A stretch of DNA of 64,000 nt from the human T2T-CHM13v2.0 reference genome, Homo sapiens. The position numbers were made by a program, and so were the translations under genes. A model generated the notes under the pieces. That model had not been told where the DNA came from. It was given only the letters and a program-made list of their open reading frames with translations, and searched no databases. The DNA lies in the NCBI RefSeq assembly GCF_009914755.1, contig NC_060930.1; one strand, 5' to 3'. Of the stretch, positions 60,498 to 64,000 are shown one piece after another (position 1 is the stretch's first letter; each line of letters starts with the position of its first letter).

Positions 60498-62292
60498 GAT
60501 TTTTTCTTCTCTTCTAGAACTGAAAAGCCATCATGCAGTGCTGTTCCCCAATTCAAAACACAAGTTCGAATCATCTTAGGCTCAAACTGAGAACTGGCAT
60601 TAGTCCAGTTAAATTAATCTGCAAGTTGCTCCGAAGTGGGGAAGCGGGGCAGGATGGCTTACATCTTAAATGGACAAGTGTTGGACAGCAGAGTCCATCT
60701 CCCTGGAGTTTATCTTTGATAACAGATTTCTTCTGAAGAATAGCCAAGTTTGTGATTTTGTTTTTCAAAACTCTACTTCAGCAACATGTGAAGAAAAGAA
60801 GAGGCTATGGAAACACATCTGATTCCAGATATGATCATGGAAGACAGCCACCAGGAAACCCTCTGGGGAAAACAGGTCAAATCAATCATCTGCATCTCCC
60901 CAGTCCTCCCCCAAAGGCTGGTGGATGAGGAAGGTAAATATCTACTCTAAGAAATAGACAACTGGACATGCACATTCACAGTAGAGAGAAACCACCAAGG
61001 AGCGGAGGGCTGACCATGCTGGACAAGTAGATGAATGCATACATCTAAACAAGGATTGCTCTGGGTCTTCACAGATTAATGAGATCATGCTGGGAATTCC
61101 CTTTGCAGGGAACTGGCTAACTGGCATGCAGTTCTATAAATGCACATCTGTCTCATTATCTTTTTTAATATACTTTACTGAAGTATTCATATAGTTCTAA
61201 TAAGTAAATATTTTTAGCTTGCAAAACTGACTCCTCATCTTTATATAATTAAGTTACAAAAAACTCTGAATCTGAAGATGATAAAAGCCTATGTATTCAG
61301 TACTGTTAGTGTCCGTGCCACCTTTTTCAGCTTTTGAAATATTGTTCATTGTTAATTTGTTCTCATTTATAACTAAGTCACATTGTATTTTTTAAAATTA
61401 AAAACAAAATAATCTGCAGCAGATATAACCAAGCTTGAGATTATGTTCAGCTCTTCAGTTGCAGACTAAACAATCTGTGGGTGAACACACCTGAGCTGGG
61501 GTGTGGGGAAGCCACACAAAACCAACAGTTGCCTTGGACTTCAGGGTCCAAATGCATCTTTAAGAGGGTTGGCAAACTCACTTTTGTTATTTCTCAGTCT
61601 GCTGGATTCACAGTATGAAGACATAGCTGACAATTCTGAGCTTTATCAAATTTACAATTTCTGAGCTTTATCAAGCATTATTCATTTGTTTAAATGATCC
61701 AGAAATGTACAGCCAGATTACTGAATATTTAATATTTAGGAAGTTGAGTTGATTATAGACAAGACGACTGACTTGCAAAAATGTACTTTGCTCTTGTTAT
61801 TTGACAAATATAATTGGCTTCTCCTGGCTGGTAAGGAAATGGTCCGTTGTGAATGTGGAAAGCGGTGACATTTGCGTAAGATGGGCTCTCAGGGCAGCAA
61901 CCAGATGGCTCATTTCTGCTGACAAGTGAGATCCTTGCTAGACTGTGTGTGAAGATATGCACGTGTTACTGGAATTTTTGTTTTACCAGAGAGAATTAGG
62001 AAATATTTACCAAATGGATTTTCTGTGTATTTATATTTATTAGCACAGAGTGTATAAGGCCATAAAATCAGTCATTCATTCAGTAAATATTCTGTGTGAG
62101 GCCCTGTGCTGTACTGATACCAAAACATTTAAGCATAGTGAATACATCTGCTTAATAAAAAATTATGACTCATCCTAAAGACAGAATATTTAAAATAACT
62201 GTCCTATTGTGTGGTCACCTTATGTAGAGGACATAAATCCTATAGTTATCTGCAGCTCCCAGTATTGCAAAGTCTATGCAAAAATGCAAAGT

Positions 62293-62295
<3 letters not shown>

Positions 62296-62323
<28 letters not shown>
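62296..62323. repeat. (AC)~14 microsatellite
   Basis: Direct reading. Confidence 0.95.
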
Positions 62324-62327
<4 letters not shown>

Positions 62328-62992
62328 TTTATGGGAAAGGAAAAGGAAGCTAGGTCTCCCTCTTTAATTAAAGAATATATTCTCTAACCTTGTAGCTATT
62401 TGAAAGCTAATTTAAGCTCTGAAAGCAAAAAAAAAAGGAAGACTCATCTATTAAGTGATCACTGCCATGCCCCAAGGCAACTGTAGATCCCAAATGTAAT
62501 CATTTAAATGTCAGCATTTTCCTTCCCCTTTTCTGCAGTGATACAGAGAGCTCCATTGTCTATTCTCTCAGGCAGCTCATGCTGGCAGATTCCACCTGCA
62601 ATCACACAGTGCAATTCTCCTTACTTGGGAATGGGAGTCTCGGGGGAGGACAACTTGGCTCTGCCAGTTAGTTCAGCTCACACAGCTCTAGCCTGCTAGG
62701 AGGAGAATGGGCTCAGCTCGGGGCCCAGCACTGAGTGGGAGGAGGTCTCAAGCCTGAGGTCCGGCCCTCATTGGGATCAGAGCCCACTGACCCACACTGC
62801 TGACCTTGGCACTGGGCGGAGGCAGGGCTCCCAAACATCACTAGGGGATTTCCCTAGGACAACCAGGCCCCTGTCTCTGTGTGCTGAAAATCCATACTAG
62901 AGGGGCTCCTCCGGGATGACATCTACAGATGATCAAAGGAAACTGAGTCCTAAACAAACAGAATTTGTATGGAAGGAAAGAGTTGTCTCCGG

Positions 62993-63020
62993 GTGTGTGT
63001 GTGTGTGTGTGCGTGTGTGT
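62993..63020. repeat. Interrupted (GT)n
   Basis: Direct reading. Confidence 0.9.
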
Positions 63021-63873
63021 TGGGTGTGTCATGGGTTGGGGGTGGGGAGTTGTAAGGGGATGGAGAAGGAACGTTGTCATTTCTTGGGAGCTTGAGAAAG
63101 ATCCCATTAGATTTTTATCTCATAAGTTGCAACAACAAAAACAAAAAAGTTTCTGATGAATTATATAAGAAAAAATAAAGAGATTATGGGCAGATCTGAG
63201 AATGATTTAGGAGAATCAACAGCTCTTGTGGCTGATTAGATATGTAAAGCAAGGGAGAAGGAAGGGTTAGGACAGATTTCTGGCAACCATGGGCCCCATG
63301 TGCCCTTCTCTCAGATGTGGAGACAGCGTGTACATTGCCTGAATTACCCACTCACCCCTGACTTCTGCTGCTCTCCCACCAAACTCTCAAACAAGGCAGG
63401 CCCTGGATTCTTCACTATAACAATCGCTGCATTTTGCCTGCATATAATGAATATATTTTTGAACTAAAAACTTGGGACACACAGATTCCTCTTTGGTCTG
63501 ACAATGAGACAGGGCTGTGTCTCCAGTGAGGGTGTAAGGTCCTCAAGATGGTTTTGCTTTTAGGACTCTGATGGCGTGCTGCAAGGTGGGACTGGAAAGG
63601 CTGGAAGCCCTCTGGTGGTGTGTGTCCTAGCTCCTCTGGTCATTAGAACCATAGCTGACCTCATAAAGGCATATGAGTGAGGAGATTGATCTGGATAAAT
63701 CTCAGGATTCCATAAACCTCAAGTGTAGCCTCTGAAAGAATTCTATTTTCCAAATCATTTTAATCTCATAACGAAGCCCAAAGAAAGTCAAACATGAACA
63801 ATGTTTCTTATTTCTTCCCTTTTCATTAAAAAAAAAATCCCTAACCCATTTCTTTATTAAATTGCATGAAGAA

Positions 63874-64000
63874 GGCCGGGCGCGGTGGCTCACGCCTGTA
63901 ATCCCAGCACTTTGGGAGGCCGAGGCGGGCGGATCACGAGGTCAGGAGATCGAGACCACGGTGAAACCCCGTCTCTACTAAAAATACAAAAAAAATTAGC
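63874..64000 (+). mobile_element. Young AluYd-lineage element, left arm only (runs off the window)
   Basis: Left arm matches consensus with all CpGs intact; GAGATCGAGACCACGGTG shows the 12-bp Yd deletion. Confidence 0.88.

Overview
This window is primate genomic DNA, not prokaryotic. It is catarrhine (AluY elements are present) and human-like. It is repeat-dense and appears non-coding (intergenic or deep intronic); I could not identify the locus. I count 34 Alu elements or fragments (22 on the minus strand, 12 on the plus), several with clean target-site duplications (TSDs). There are also old L1, L2 and MIR remnants, MaLR/ERVL/ERV1 solo LTRs, Tigger and hAT DNA-transposon fossils, microsatellites and one 61-bp x4 minisatellite. 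I cannot support any protein-coding gene, tRNA, rRNA or CRISPR array. Nearly all listed ORFs are Alu-, L1- or microsatellite-derived or chance ORFs, and I found no convincing new biological system. The observations most worth following up are: a 67-nt near-perfect hairpin built inside an L1 relic (1950-2016); two Alus with the Yd-lineage 12-bp deletion, one of them pristine; a long interrupted (TTTTA)n Alu tail; the 61-bp VNTR; an AluSc/AluSp-like chimera; a templated-insertion repair scar inside an Alu; a strong CTCF-like motif; a 1:1:1-loop G-quadruplex in a GC-rich unique segment; multi-level nested transposons; and a possible ancient ERVL gag remnant. Repeat subfamily names come from recalled consensus sequences and need RepeatMasker/Dfam confirmation. 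Boundaries of old repeats are approximate.
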